Source: Eledone cirrhosa
Taxonomy: Eukaryota
Assembly (NCBI GenBank): GCA_964016885.1
Contig: OZ024740.1
Span: 393,700,001-393,764,000, forward strand
DNA: 64,000 nt
Direction of reading: 5' to 3'
Within the stretch, counting starts at the first letter, position 1. Every line of letters starts with the position of its first letter. Of this stretch, positions 12,937 to 27,639 are shown in pieces. Position numbers and translations under genes: made by a program. Under the pieces are notes generated by a model. That model saw only the letters and a list, made by a program, of their open reading frames with translations, was not told the DNA's origin and did no database searches.

Positions 12937-14284
12937 ATCATCTGCGATATGCAAATTCACACAAATGATTTTTGAAACAACATAAACACACACATTTGCC
13001 AATTAAATACACTTGCATATACCTATCAAACACAACATGCATAAATATCTACATACCAGGAAAACATACATATGTGATTTCCCAACATAAAATACATATA
13101 AAATGCACATAAATAAATAAAGAAGATATACAAAATGTACATATTTTCTTGTTCAGAAAATATAGATGACATGCTAGAAATAACTAACAAATCTCTTCAA
13201 AATTCACTCTACATACCCCACACCCTAAAAATGAATGAATAAAGTGCCAAATAGTCATGGTTCAGATAGTAGTCAAATAATGAAAATTCAAACACTGAAA
13301 TGCACAAAGCAACATAATTCAGTATCAAACAAGAAAGAAATTCAACTCTGTACTAAAATCATTCAAAAAGTGAACTCCAACAAAATACTCTCAAACAGAA
13401 AATAAAGAAGTACGAAAAAAAAAATTTCAAAATAAGTTGGAAATCAGAAGTACCACCATTATCTTGCTTCACAAAACCTAGAACACTGTACTAAATATAA
13501 CTGATATTCAAAAGATCTGATCCAGGAATGAAAAACAATTTATCATATTAGCACAAGGCCACAAATGTGTGTGTGTGGAAGGTGGTATAGTAGACAAAGT
13601 CAGTCAGAGTATATTATCAATAGATATTTGATTGATTCTGAGATGAAAATCTAAATCAATCTTAACTTAAAATGATAATAAGGATCAAAACTAAATAATT
13701 TTAACCCTTTCATTGCTATATTTCCAGTGAGTCTACAGATAGCAGCACCTCCCTGTCTACCCTTAGCTTTCTCTCAAGAATTTGAAATGGTCAGAGAGGC
13801 ACTGGCCAAGAAGGAAAGTGTCTGTCTTTTTCAATCTTATCTACCACACTACATCTTTCAACATAGCCACCAGACATAAAAAATACTACCAGCCTTTCCA
13901 GAACTGATGAAAAGAGATGAAGAAAATCCAGATGAATCTTAACTTAAAATAATTGTTTCTACTTTTGGCACAAGGCCAGCAATTATCCAGTACATTACTG
14001 GTACTTTATTTTATCGACCCCATAAAGATGAAAGGCAAAGTTAACCTCGGCAGGATTTGAACTCAGACCGTAAAGGGACGTATCAATGCTGGAAAGCATG
14101 GCGTCCAACTCTCTACCAATACTGCCAATCCACCGCCCTAATCGTAACTTAAAATAATGATTTCTACTTTAGGTACAAGGCTAACAATTTTGGGGAAAAG
14201 TTGATTTCATCAACCCCAGTACTTTGTTTTATTGACTTCAGGAAGATGAAAGGCAAACTTGATCTCATCTTACTGAGGGTTAAT

Positions 14285-14537
14285 TTAACCATTTTGTTAC
14301 CATATTTCTAATGAAATACTTACACTGTCTATAGTTTTCAATAAATTTTCAAAAATAAGAATTTGGAAAGATTTAGTAAAATAACTAAATTTTTACAAGC
14401 TAATATTTAGAAGTTAACAAATGGTTCTTGCATAAAATTGTGATGAAAGGTTTTAATTTAGATATAGCCACACTAAAACAGATTTATTACCACAGAACCA
14501 GGGAAGGTCTTGAGTGGGTCGGTATCAAAAGAGTTAA
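14285..14537. mobile_element. Older TTAA-flanked MITE-like repeat (related copies near 61915-62170 and 63135-63383)
   Basis: TTAACCATTTTGTTACC...GGTATCAAAAGAGTTAA ends. Shared internal motifs ACCATATTTCTAA and AGAACCAGGG occur in the other copies. Confidence 0.5.
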
Positions 14538-15133
14538 ACTAATACTTTGATCTTTCTTTCATCCCACACCATCCTAAGTATAATAAAAATAATGATTTCT
14601 GACATTGGCAAAGAGACCATAAATAGTAGGAGAAAAGTATAATCCATTAAAATAACTCCTGCACATGACCATTATCCATTTTATCAACTGAGTGCTGGTC
14701 ATGTACAGGTAGAATTTGAATTCAAAATGGAAATGATTCTATGTACCTCAAGGTTTTTGTCAAGGGCTTCTAACAATAATAAAACAATGGTATAAAGCTA
14801 CACATTTTCAACCCTATTACCTAACTAGTGCTTTTTTAATCAATACACCAAGGGATAGAATCTAAAGTTGACCTCAACTGGATTTGATCTTACAAATCTG
14901 GCTACACCTCCTTCCTTATCTTTACCTTGCTCTCTTGAATTTGAAAAAAGTCAATGAGGTGTTGGCTGAAAAGAAAAGAGTGTCTTAATTCCCTTCTATC
15001 TTATCCATCCAGCCACATTTTTCGCCATAGCCACCAGACAGAGAAAAACTGCTGGCTTTTTGAGGTCAAAAGAAAATAGTGGGATCACATTCAGAGCTGA
15101 TTTGGTTGATAGCTAAATCCATTCTATATGTGA

Positions 15134-15479
15134 TGGAGGCACATGGCTTAGTGGTTAGAGCATTGGCCTTGCAATCGAAAGGTTGTGAGTTCAATTCTCA
15201 AACCGGGTGATGTGTTGTTTCCTTGAGCAAGACACTTTATTTCACATTGCTCCAGTTTACTCAGCTGTAGAAATGAGATGATAGGGTCTGGGGTCCCTAT
15301 CATTCCACTGCAAAGTGGTCGTGGAGGTACCATGGCAAAAAAGCACCCAGCACTCACTGTAAATGAGGTTGGTGTTAGGAAGGGGATCCAGCTGTAGAAA
15401 TCAAGCCAGAATCAGTTCTCGTCCCACCCTTGCAAGCAGGGAAAAGCGGACGTAAAATGAAATGATGATGATGATGATG
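15134..15479 (+). mobile_element. SINE family A, copy 3
   Basis: Near-identical to 325-659, with an (ATG)n tail. Confidence 0.85.
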
Positions 15480-16894
15480 TGAGATTCACAGCAGTCCATT
15501 ATGGGAGGCATCAATGATTCATTGTCTCCAAAGAGTTAGAAAAGTGTTGTTGAAAAATTGCAAACATCTGCTTGAAATTGAATAGCATGCACTCATCATC
15601 ATCCATTGTTGTGGCCTTGTTACTAAGTCATACATCTTCCATCCAGCCTAATCAAATGACTTTCATTCCTTTGTATCTATGAACAGGCACCTTAGCTCTG
15701 ACAATGCAATATTCATTTTCACGTCAAAATGGTTGAGCACCATCTTTGCTGATCAGACAACAGTTACAATGCCTTTCTGAGTAGCTCCCTCTAATCTATT
15801 TTTCTATCACTGATTCTTTTCTAAATACCCTTGCTTCTATTCTAATAGCGCTCTTCAGAAAGACCAAACCAACTTAGTCAAAAGAAAAATAAATAAGGAT
15901 TTCACCAAAGACTTTCTGAGAATTTTTTCTTTTAAGTTTGAAATTTCATATAAACTTATTTCATGCCATTCTTTGCAAAATTGATGAATTATAAAAGGGG
16001 AAAAAAAGTTGGGGTGGAAAGAGAGAAAAAATTGTGAATGTTTTACATGAATCATGTCAATGGTATGGTCACTTGAGGGTTGGTTCATAAGCAGAGAAAT
16101 GTTTTCACTGTTATGCCATCTTATTTCCAAATCTAACCAAGATTTAAGGCTTATGAATTTAATGTCAATGCCAATTGACAAGGGAGCAATTTCATGCTAT
16201 TGCAAAAGCAAAATTAAAACTAGTGGTGATGGTGAGGAAAGCTATAATAATAAATTTTTTTATATATTTATGTATTTATTATTTATTTTTATATTTATTT
16301 ATTGAACATTTAAGGTGTCGATGATAATTCTCATGGTAATAATGATGATGATGATAGCCATAATAATAATAATGCAGAGAAGAAAAAGATGGTTGAGGAG
16401 GATAAAAATAAAAAAGAACTAGACTGTACAATACACTCAAATGAAAGAAGACATAAGGAAGGGATATTATAGGTACATTTATTATTACTTAAAATAGAGC
16501 TAAATGTAAAAAAAACAAAAAAAAGGAAACACTATCTCTGGCTGCCCAGTCCTTGCCAAGAATGAATACATCCATACACACAACAGAGTTGAGATTTATA
16601 TACACTGGAAGAAAGAAGTGATACAAACATACACCAGAAAAGGTGTCAGAGAATGACAAAGCAACCATACTCTGAGATATACAAATATATACAGGTAGGG
16701 ATATGAAGGCTAATCAACCAGATATTACCATAGTCCACCAGACTTGACTGTGGAGAGTGTACATTTGTAGAGCTGACCTGGGACTGCTGCACAACAACAT
16801 GTATATAAAATTTTAGATATTGTTTACTAAAAACCTACAAAATATTTATATTGAAAATTAATTGAAACATATTGAAATACAAACAGTCTAATCA

Positions 16895-17060
16895 TCAGTA
16901 TTCCCAGGATTTAGAGGGTATATTTCATAACAAGATATACAGTCTGCTAGTATTCCCAGGATTTAGAGGGTATTTTCATTACAAAATACACAATCTGCAA
17001 GTATTCCTAGGATATAAAGGGTATTTTTCATTACAAGATATACAATCTACCACATTCTAG
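16895..17060. repeat. ~46-bp tandem repeat, about 3.5 copies
   Basis: AGTATTCCCAGGATTTAGAGGGTATTTTCATTACAAGATATACAATCTGC repeated. Confidence 0.7.
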
Positions 17061-20000
17061 TTGGTAATGTAGAATGTTGGATGAATTATGTCCATGTTAA
17101 TGTGTTGAGGAAGATGCTGGTTGTGAAACAACACTTTCTCTTCTCCATTTATGTCTCATTTCATTTTCTTCTAATAAAACAAAAATGAATGAGCTAGATA
17201 AAAGATTTTAAAATATGAGCTCGATAAAACAACAAACAGATGAGCTAGATAATTCACAGGCCTGAGATATTGGCATGTATATATATACAGCAGGTGCTCT
17301 ACAGATGGATATCGCTGCTAAGTGGGAAGGAAACAATCAATTTCCTTAACTACTCAGAAATTAGAATAGATCTGTTAGTTTCAACTTTCCCCACCTCTTT
17401 GCAAAACATTTCTTCTAAAATTCCATCTTCAATATCATCTGTTTAACATCTGTTTAACATCTGATGTACTGTGAAAATATAATACAAAATAATATGTAAT
17501 TTCATAAAAGTTGTTTGTTTTCTTTATTTTAACAATTGTGATCTTTCTCTCTTCCACCACTTTAACATTATTATTATGACACTGAGAGCAGAGAATCAAA
17601 TAAATATAATTCCTATTCAAACCAGGAAGGAAGATCTTGTGTTACATAATAAAATGTAAAGTACTTTTCCAAAGCAATATTATTGAATTACTGAATGAAT
17701 AAAAGATCATTTTCTATAATTGATTAAAGATGAAAATGGTTCTATCAGCAAGCAAAACAAAAATACTGATTTAGCTTGCTGAAAAATTAGAACCACCGAC
17801 ACAAAGGTATTTTGTAGAAAATACTTAAGATTTTTCAAAATACAAAATTCCTTATTATACAAAGCTGGTAATAAGAAAACAAAAAAATCAGTTTGAGTAT
17901 CAGCACTTAGAATGTTCCTCTACAAGGCATAAGCCTGGGCAAGGATTTTTGTAGGAGATTAGCAGTTGCTCTTTCTTCCATGCTCCTGATGTAAGCAAAA
18001 TGATAGTTGAAGCTGATACAGTTTGGTACTAGTGTCATTTTAATGAGAAAAGAAAGCAAATAAATTAAAGGGGTAAACAACACTAAACCAAGAAATAAAC
18101 ATCACCACTCTACATTGCTCACACCTAGCACAGCTTACCATGTCTTTCAAACAAATAAGGGAACCCCTATGTGATTACTCGACATGCATGATGTAACTGC
18201 CAAATCTGCTTCAAAGAAGGAAGGACACAGCAGACAATATAACCCTTGATACACTATAACTGGATAGAAGATCATTTGGTTGCAGCTGGGAGATTTACAG
18301 TTAAACAACTTTGACCCTATTTTTGATCTTATAACACTAATCAGTGACAATTTAAAAGATATTACTGATTAGATCAAATATGCAAAGATCAAAGAAAAGT
18401 AAGGAAAAAGAAGAAGCAAAAAATATAAAAGAGATAAGAAAAAAAGCTACAACAGCAGTAACTGAATAATTCATGTAAAATAATAAGTAAAAGAAAAAAT
18501 ATATTTTTTTTATTTCAAGACAGTGTATCTTGGATTAGATTATTTGTCCTTATATAATTGTATGGTGTGATTTGTAGGAGCTTTTGCTGTTATTTCTAGC
18601 AGATTGAGCGACTGCAGAAAGGCATCTTCATTTAATCTCAATGGTTTCATCTAGAAGCCAATAGGGTCGACTCAATTATCTGCCAACAAATGGATCAACT
18701 AAGAAAGGACTAAAGATATTCCCAAAGAAGAGAGAAATCAATAAACCAACCAATAGTTGATTAATTTCAAACAAGTCGGATATCTTTAATCCTTTGTTTA
18801 ACCTTTCATAATCATATTATTATTGCTATTGTTACAGCTGCTACATACATATAGCTGGCATCCTTATGAAGCTGCAGTTCATAGGAGGTTTCTTAGGTGT
18901 TTTAATGAAAGGGGCCTCAGTCCTATTACGCTATCATTTTCCCAGCAATAGGAAGGGCCTCTAGGAATAGAAAACCTACCAAAGAAAGGGTTGGGAGGAC
19001 TCATCAGCTGTGTTAAAGATACAACCTCTCTAGTACTGGTGCTATGATAAAATGCACTCAGTAGAGCATGTGAACGTATGTAAGTGGCACAACTGGAAGA
19101 TCAGTAGAACTGCATGAATACTGACTTGGTCTGTGAAGACTCATTCAACCCTTAATTGGAGAGAAAGCAAATGATGAAGAAGAGGAAAAGGGATCTGAAC
19201 CCAAAACACACAGAGTTGTACTAAATTCCATAGAACATTGTCTACGGTGCTTTAACAACCAACTGATCTAGGTTGGTGCCTTATCAAACTCAGATTGATT
19301 AAAAGAAAAAAATTGACCAAGACAGGAATTGAACTCAGGACAAAGAGTGAGGACAGGCGCCACAAGGTATTTAATTCAATGCTTTAATGACTCATAATCA
19401 TAATGAAGTATCAGTTAATGCCTATGATTAGTCCTATTTAGTTTCTAAGTAGTAGAGGTATGCAATGTCAGGATACCCGAGCAGTTCCCTGAAAGCAATA
19501 GCAGTCTAAGTGAAATAACAACATACAAGAACCAAATGAAGAAAAGATGATATGCAAATATAAATAACTGGTTACCAATAAAAGAAAATTATGAAAAAAA
19601 AGATGCTTGGTATTATGGATGTTATAACCTTTATATTTATTTTCCACTGATTCTTAGGGCTTTGTTTCAAATTAATCATTCTACAGATGTTGTTTGTCAG
19701 CTGGTCACATTATCTTCCTCCACTGTAATTACTATCTTCACCCTTGGTATAAATTGCATTTGGTTTTCATTATTATTATTAAAATGCGATAAATATACAT
19801 ACATATTCATATATACTCCCCCACCCTCTCTCTATCTCTCTATATATACACACACACATATAAGAAAATATTATATTTACACCTGGTGGATAAGTAAAAG
19901 GTTACACAAGACATGTGCACAATTAGATTTAGATAAGAACTGATGAGAAAGTGTTCAAGTATCACGTTAACTCTTCCAATTCAGCCTAGCTTCCAGAAAC

Positions 20001-20599
20001 AGTAGAAAATTCATCAACTCTGAAGGCCACATACTAACCCTTAGGGTATATATGAATATATCTACCTATTCTATAATCTGCTTATACTTCTTACTGACTT
20101 AACCTCTTCTATTTCCTCAATCAACTTTTTTCCATTCTGCTTGAAAATGGGTTGCAGGTGGTGAATAGCGATACAGCTACTAGATATGATGGTTAGTTGT
20201 GATATAAGCAGGCTCCTGCATGATGAATAAGGATCCCTGGACTAACAGCGGTAAACTACCAGGGGAGATGGAGCAATGGGTGACACTTAGCTCCAAAGAA
20301 AACTCTCACAACCCAGCAGTGTATCTATGATGAGGCAAGTAAAGGCAGCCTCTAAAAAAGCCTAGTCTTTGTGTGTCTGAGAAAATACCAGATCAGTGAC
20401 TGCTGTGAAGACCACCAAAGCTGTAATAATAGTTAGAGGCAATAAAAACAACCATACTGCATCGTCCTTCACACAGGCTAACAATAAATGCATTGTCTTA
20501 TGTAGAGGGTCTTGTTTAAAAAATATAGAACAGTTGCCATTCCATGCAGCAACCTGTCCTGGGAGGCCTGGGATGGACACACAAAGGAGGGTTCTGAAA

Positions 20600-21800
20600 G
20601 AAGTAAACCCTAACTATTGGAACCTGCAACCTTACAGGTAAGGAGCAAGAACTAGTGGAGAAGGCCAGATGCTACCGGCTATATATAGTTTGGGTTTCCT
20701 TACCCTTTAGCATTTAAACCGGCCATATCCAGCCAGAATTCTCTCATCTCTTTCTGTTCACACCAACGGTAACAGGCTGCTCATACTGATGTTAAGGTTT
20801 TGTTCTCAAAATAAACAATATCAAAATCTCATAGATTCAATATTATGTGAGATAATTATGTGAGGTAAAGCTTTTACTGTAAAAATATAATAGTAAATAC
20901 AGAGTAATGTAAATGCTAAAGGGTTAACAATGTTCTGTGGCTCTGGTGCTGTAAATCTGGATGGAAGGTGGAAACTCCACTATTCAGGTGTGGCACTAGA
21001 AATGACTGCACAGGTGAGAGTAGGGATACTCACAAGCCCCAAGCTGTCAGAATGTGTTATGGACTGGATCTTATTGAGAGGGAGAGTTTGCCTCTCGAAG
21101 TTTGGGTTGAAAGATAGGTCTCTGTGGGTGGTACAAGTTCATACACCAAACATAGAGTCTGAATATGGATCCTTCCTTGATAAAGCTGCAGTGTTAGATG
21201 TAGTTAAGATTGAGTCATATATCCTAATGGGAAATTTCAATGCACATGTTGGTACAGATTACTTGATGGAAAGGAGTGATTGGAAGGAATGGTGATCTTT
21301 ATCTAAATATGAATGGAGAGGCCTTATTAGACTACTGTTCTAGCAATGGGCTGTCTATTATGAACACCTTCAAACACAAAGACATCCATAGAAGGGGAAT
21401 CAGGGACAGAGATCAATAATTGATTTTGCTATTATCTCTGATCTGTTCGATTCTGTACTTAATGTTCATGTTAAGAGAAGGGCTAAGCTATCAATTGATC
21501 ACCATCTAGTTATCTGCAACTTGAAACTACCTAAAGCCTAGGAAGGTCCAGGATGAGCTACAGATGATGGATACGGAAGTCAGGAATGCAGATACTATTG
21601 CATCCAAATTCAGAGAACTCCCTGAGCTAATCGAGGGCGTTGAAACAGAATGATGACTATTTAACTCAGAAGTTTGTCCTTCAGCTGCTAAATGCTGAGG
21701 GTGAAAGCAGCTTGGTGTGGCACCAGGTGGCAGAAGGACCTTTTGGTTCAATTAACAGATCAATGATGCCAAGCAAAGAAGGAAGCTTACAAAGTGTGGC
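20600..21800 (+). mobile_element. Degenerate RTE-clade LINE, AP-endonuclease region
   Basis: TLTIGTCNLTGKEQELV...ILMGNFNAHVG...NGLSIMNTF...IIDF...DHHLV are APE motifs, with frameshifts and a MITE insertion. Confidence 0.8.
20703..20923. mobile_element. piggyBac-type MITE, same family, inserted in an RTE endonuclease region
   Basis: Same TIRs, opposite orientation to 982-1202, TTAA on the right. It interrupts the LINE reading frame. Confidence 0.8.
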
Positions 21801-22159
21801 TTGGAAATATGTCCTTCTCTTTGTACTTGTGGTACAAGAGACACAAAAAGTCACAAAAGAGATCATAACATATACACATATCTATAATCACAAATGGATA
21901 ATATACAATATGTTTATGAATAAACATTTCAAAGCCTCTCAGATCTACATGGTGCACATGTAGATATTTTCAAAAATATCATCTGGGATCAAGATCCCAG
22001 ATGAACCCACAGTATGAGGTGAAGCACAAATAAGGATGGCAGCAACAAACTCCCTTTTGCATCAATGGCCAACCAAGGAAAGCTGGTTGTAAAAACTGTA
22101 GCATCAATGGTGGAGCCCCAGCATGACCCTAGCCAGTAATATATATATATATATAGATA

Positions 22160-22774
22160 CTAGCAGTGGTACCCGGCATTGCATGGGATAAGGTATTTTG
22201 GAATGCGGGCCACCAACAGACCTAATTGTGGAAAAACTGCATGCCTGGACAGTATGTAAGGAAAATAAACCGAATACTCTGATGGCTGGATAATCTTTAA
22301 GATTTTACTCGATGAAGCAGGAAAAATGTAGGTTTTCACCTAATGCGGGCCCTAGGGGATCAATAAAATGAATTTTTTTTAATGCGCATAATATGCCTTA
22401 AAATTTCGGGAAAATCGGCTAGACCTAACGCCTCAAAAAGGCCCTAAAAAGCTGAAAAAATGAAGCTTTTCACCTAATGCGGGCCCTAAGCCATAAAATA
22501 GTTGGATTTTCTTTGCTCACGGTATGAAGAAGAGACTGACTAATATATAGTTACAATTTCAAGGAAATCGGTCTGACGCCTCAAAAAACCCCTAAAACCT
22601 GAAAAAACGCAGTTTTTCACCTAATGCGGGCCCTAGGGGATCAAAAAGTTGAATTTCTTTATGTGCATAACACTCCCTGAAACATAAGTAATACACATGT
22701 AAAGTTTGAAAAAAGTCGGTTGGGTATTTCTCGAGTTTTAGGGATTCAAACTCACAGACACACACACAGACACT

Positions 22775-22780
<6 letters not shown>
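22160..22780. mobile_element. Non-autonomous Helitron/Helentron-like element (Lep1/HINE-type layout)
   Basis: CTAG terminus with a short GC-rich hairpin (CTAGCAGTGGTACCCGGCATTGCATGGG), three internal repeats of TTTTCACCTAATGCGGGCCCTA, and an (ACAG/AG)n microsatellite at the other end. Confidence 0.55.
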
Positions 22781-22862
<82 letters not shown>

Positions 22863-23790
22863 AACAAACTTATCAACAGGAAATAAAAAAAGAAGACTTT
22901 GGATACAATCAGATTTGTCATGTGTTGGCAACTAACACAATATAACCAAGGTGTTGAGAACCTTGTTACAGAAGTTAGTGATAAACAGGTGTGACATTTT
23001 GACTGAAAAATTACATTTGGATGACTATTGTCAAAGCTGAACATTACATGATTAGGTGACAAGGAGTAATTATCAAAGAGAAAAATGTATGTCTGGCAAA
23101 AGAAAAAAAATACTCCAGCATATGACAAAAAAAAAAATATATATATATATATATGCACAAACAAAACAAAGTCATCAAGAATTAAAGTTGAAGAAGAAAT
23201 CCACCAAATGGTGACAAGACACATCTAACATTGGTTTCAGAAAGATCAAAAAGGAAGATGAGCAGCATCACAATTATTTTCTGAAAGTAACATAATGGAC
23301 TGTGACAATTAACAAGCTTTGTTTTCAAAGGTAACATAAATGCTGTTCCCAATAAAAAGGTTTTGATGCTGATAAGACAGATAGACTGAAAGACGATGGA
23401 TTGGTTGATACCGAGAACATGAGAGAGAAAGAAAAATAAACTGGGAGAATAGTGGGTAGGTTGTTGAGCTCATGAGTTCAATTCCTTGAATGGGTGATGT
23501 GCAGTATCATTGAGCAGGACACTTTATTTCACAGTATTCAGTTCACTCAAATGAAAATAACTAGAAGTCACTGCAGATTTAAACTCTGCAATGGTCTGGC
23601 ATCTTGTCTAGGGGAAAAATTGAGTACTCTCAGTCGCTTAACACCCATGAACCCAGAAGAAGCTCCGTGTTTCATTCAATCCATGCAAGCAGGGACAATC
23701 AGCATCATCAACATGTTGCGTCCACTTTTCCGTGCTTCGACAAGTTGATAACACATGCACGCATGCACACACACACATGCATGCATGCAT

Positions 23791-23853
<63 letters not shown>

Positions 23854-24082
23854 CAAACCAAGACAGAAGAGATTCTCAATGTTTATTAGGAGATAGCCTC
23901 ACTGACCAAGAACAAACACTAGAAGGTTGTATAGTTAAATTGAAATGAAATCGGAAAGTTTTTACCATTTCAATGGATTCCTGAATATTTAAATTTGAAC
24001 TTCCTCCCTAACCACAGAAAAAATATACGAGGGTGTGCTGTTGGCAGAAAAATTATTATTCTTTAAAAAAGTATCCAAATAC

Positions 24083-24430
24083 GAGGCACATGGCTTAGTG
24101 GTTAGAGCATTGGCCTTGCAATCGAAAGGTTGTGAGTTCAATTCTCAGACCGGGTGATGTGTTGTTTCCTTGAACAAGACACTTTATTTCACATTGCTCC
24201 AGTTTACTCAGCTGTAGAAATGATATGATAGGGACTGGGGTCCCTATCATTCCACTGCAAAGTGGTCGTGGAGGTACCACGGCAAAAAAGCACCCAGCAC
24301 TCACTGTAAATGAGGTTGGTGTTAGGAAGGGCATCCAGCTGTAGAAATCAAGTCAGAATTAGTTCCCGTCCCACCCTTGCAAGCAGGGAAAAGTGGACGT
24401 AAAATGAAATGATGATGATGATGATGATGA
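24083..24430 (+). mobile_element. SINE family A, copy 4
   Basis: Near-identical to 325-659, with an (ATG)n tail. Confidence 0.85.
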
Positions 24431-24574
24431 TAACTTAAGTTGTTACAGAAAATTATTTTTGACAAGCTTGTTTTAAACAGTTGAAATTGGCAAAATTATT
24501 TGCATGATGTCCAAAATATAGAAATATTTGTTTTCGCCGTTTATTTTTTCCCTTATATATATTTCATTATAAAA

Positions 24575-24680
24575 ATGATTTCTACAGGGCTAGAACTGTT
24601 TCATTCATAAGAAATCACCAGGAAACTGCTTTCCTGATGATTTCTTATGAATGAAACAGCTCCATTCCTGTAGAAGTCAT
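24575..24680. repeat. Palindromic repeat carrying a degenerate hammerhead-like motif
   Basis: Inverted arms around GGAAACTGCTTTCC. The plus strand reads CTGATGA-TTTC(TTAT)GAAT-GAAAC. A related fragment lies at about 41905-41955 (-). Confidence 0.5.
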
Positions 24681-25159
24681 TTCTATAATGAAATAAAAAT
24701 GCCTATACTCTATTAATGTATTGAGAACCTTTTTTAACAGTGGTCTCATCCTGATATACATCAGGCACCCACCTATTATATACATATATATCCATATATG
24801 GTTGATGGTTGATGGCTGAGAGAAAGGAGTACTCAATACTGAAGTAGAGTTTTAATATTCATTTTATTAAGGCTAAATAGTGAGTCTTGTTACTCTGGAG
24901 TTTTGCCTGTTTATCACAGGATTATCAGACAATATATATATATATATATATATCTAAACCATGCTAGCATGGAAGATAGACGTTAAACGATGATGATGAT
25001 ATATATATGAAAATGAAAGTCAAATGTTTGTCCCACTTTGTGTAATCAAATATTCCATTTCACCACTGTAATTGAAAATCAGTGTAGTACATTTTATAAC
25101 ACTAAGAAATTACAAAAAAAATCAGACTATATATATACTTTAAATTCATCTTCATTATA

Positions 25160-25495
25160 CTAGAATTAACTTATCTGGGACATAACAGTCAGTGACTCTT
25201 TTGCTCCCTCTCACATCATAGATGCCGTGGTAAATGTGAGGGTTGTTGCTTCCATTGAGAAATGGAATAAAAATCCTAAAGTACTGGTAACTATCAAATA
25301 ACTATCTTTTCCAGCTTATGGTGTTTGAGATGTTTGGTGGAGCTAGGTTGCTGACAGCGAAGTTCTTATTGTTGCTGGCTCGCCTTACCGAGGTGTCAAA
25401 TGATGCCCATGAGGGTACCTGGTTGTTTCAGCACCTTAGCCTCGCCATCACTCATGGTAATGTTGCCAGCATGTTGGCTTGCCTCAAAATTTTCC
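25160..25495 (+). mobile_element. CRE-clade non-LTR retrotransposon 3' fragment
   Basis: WDITVSDSF...FQLMVFEMFGGA...WLFQHLSLAITHGNVASML matches the restriction-like endonuclease C-terminus. Homologous to 59170-59495. Confidence 0.65.
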
Positions 25496-26192
25496 ATTGA
25501 CCCTTATCGTGTGCAGCCAACTGTTGCACTTGGTGGTAAATTGATGGTTAGTTCTGTTTGTTAGTTTTTTTTTCCTTTCCTTTTCTTTTTCTCTCGCTTT
25601 GATCATATAATCTTTATTTGTGAGGTTCCTAATCATCATCATCAATTAACGTCTATCTTCCACGCTAGCATGGGTTAGACAAGTTTGTCCCAATTAGAGG
25701 CAAGTTGGGTCGGGTGACCATGTCTTGCTAATAATTGAGAGTTTCTGGCTGGTTTTCTACAATAATTAATTGTATTTATTATATGCACTTATATCTTCAT
25801 TCTGTAAGAATTATAAACAATTTGTATTCATACAACTGTAAATAATAATAAAACTGAGAATTCACTTCACTTTAGTTTGCCAACTTTTGACATATAGTAT
25901 TATTTCTTTGACTTCACTCATATCTCTATAACCCCAGAAAGATCCGACAGAAACATCTTCAAACTTGTATGATACAGTGTTTGTTTATACATGTCTATCT
26001 GTCCCACTTTTCAATAAATATTGACAAAAAATATACGTAACATTGGATCAAAGAAAAAATAAGTAAAAAATGAAAAATGACATATATTAACATTAAAATT
26101 AACAGAAACTAAACCAAAATGACTAAGCCTTTTTGACACCAAACATCCTGAAAACCGCCCCTGATTCTATAATACAAAGTTACTTGTTTTAA

Positions 26193-26411
26193 CCCTTTAC
26201 TATTTAAACCGGCCATATCCAGCCAAAATTCTCTTACCTCTCTGTTCAAACTGGTTGTAACTGGCCGCTCATACTGATGTTAAGGTATTGTTCTCAAAAT
26301 AAATAACATCAAAATCCCCTAGATTCGATATTATATGAAATAATTATGCAAGACAAAACCTTTACCACAAAAATACAATAATATAGATAGAGTAATGTAA
26401 ATGCTAAAGGG
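26193..26411. mobile_element. piggyBac-type MITE, same family
   Basis: TTAA-CCCTTTAC...ATGCTAAAGGG-TTAA. Appears nested in an older MITE-like repeat. Confidence 0.8.
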
Positions 26412-27639
26412 TTAAAGTGTATATATTTAAATTTAAACCTTCGATCATAATTTAATAGAAAAATATTTTACTCCCAAACCAACATAATAATAAGCAAGTT
26501 ATATTACAAAATCCATTTGAAATTTTGATTATTTTAAAAATAATTTGAACATCATAGACATATCTATGAAAAGGTTGAAAATAATGATAGAAAATATTTA
26601 CATACACAAAATATATAGAATTTGAAATATTTGATATTTTTCATCAGTATACTTTTAAAAAAGAAAGGAAAATTAAAAACAAATGCTAGCAGTTTTGAGG
26701 ACTGTCCAGATTTAACAACTTTAAATGTCCATCAACTACACATACAAACAATTTGGTCAAGTGTTCCTGGGGTTGCTGGACAACCAACAAGTGGAAGTGC
26801 AAACAGAATATTTATAATAAAAAAGAAATATAGCAAGAAAAGAAAAAATAATGAATAAGCAAAGTGAAATGCTGTACTACACAAATGCCAAAACAAGCAG
26901 AAATTGAACAACACGAGAAAATATGGCAAAAAAAAAAGATTTTAATTGGTATAGCTAGTAGATGTTTATGCACATACATATAGAGGTTTAGTGACAATAG
27001 CACATTTTAATAATAAAAAACTACCAATGACACTTTTATGACAAAATACGTCATAATTATACAACTACAATTTAATTGTTTCTACTTTAGACACAAGGCC
27101 AGCAATTACCCAGTACATTACTGGTACTTTATTTTATCGACCCCGTAAGGATGAAAGGCAAAGTTAACCTCGGCGGGATTTGAACTCAGACTGTAAAGGG
27201 ACGTAACTATACTAGAAAGCATGGCGTCCAACCCTCTACCGATACTGCCAATCCACACCATACATTATACAACTACAATTTAATATACAAACATTTTACT
27301 TTCTGTAGTGAACTTGTGCAACAAACAGTAGTTTAAGCTGTATTATAATTTCACACAACTGGAGAAAGTACAACAGCACTAAGAATATAGAAAATTACTA
27401 ATATGTTACAAATTGATTTATTGAGAACATAAACAATAATACATAGTGCAGAAACCTCACACTAGTGATGAATTACAGTAAAATTAATACAGCAATTAAA
27501 AGCTATTTAGAAGAACTGGAAGGAGCACTAGAAAGTATTATCTTCTGGTGTGAGGTAAGTTTACACTACAAGAAGCAAAGTATCATTGTAAACATCAAGC
27601 ATAATAATATGCCACGTGTGTTTGTGTATGTATATATCA

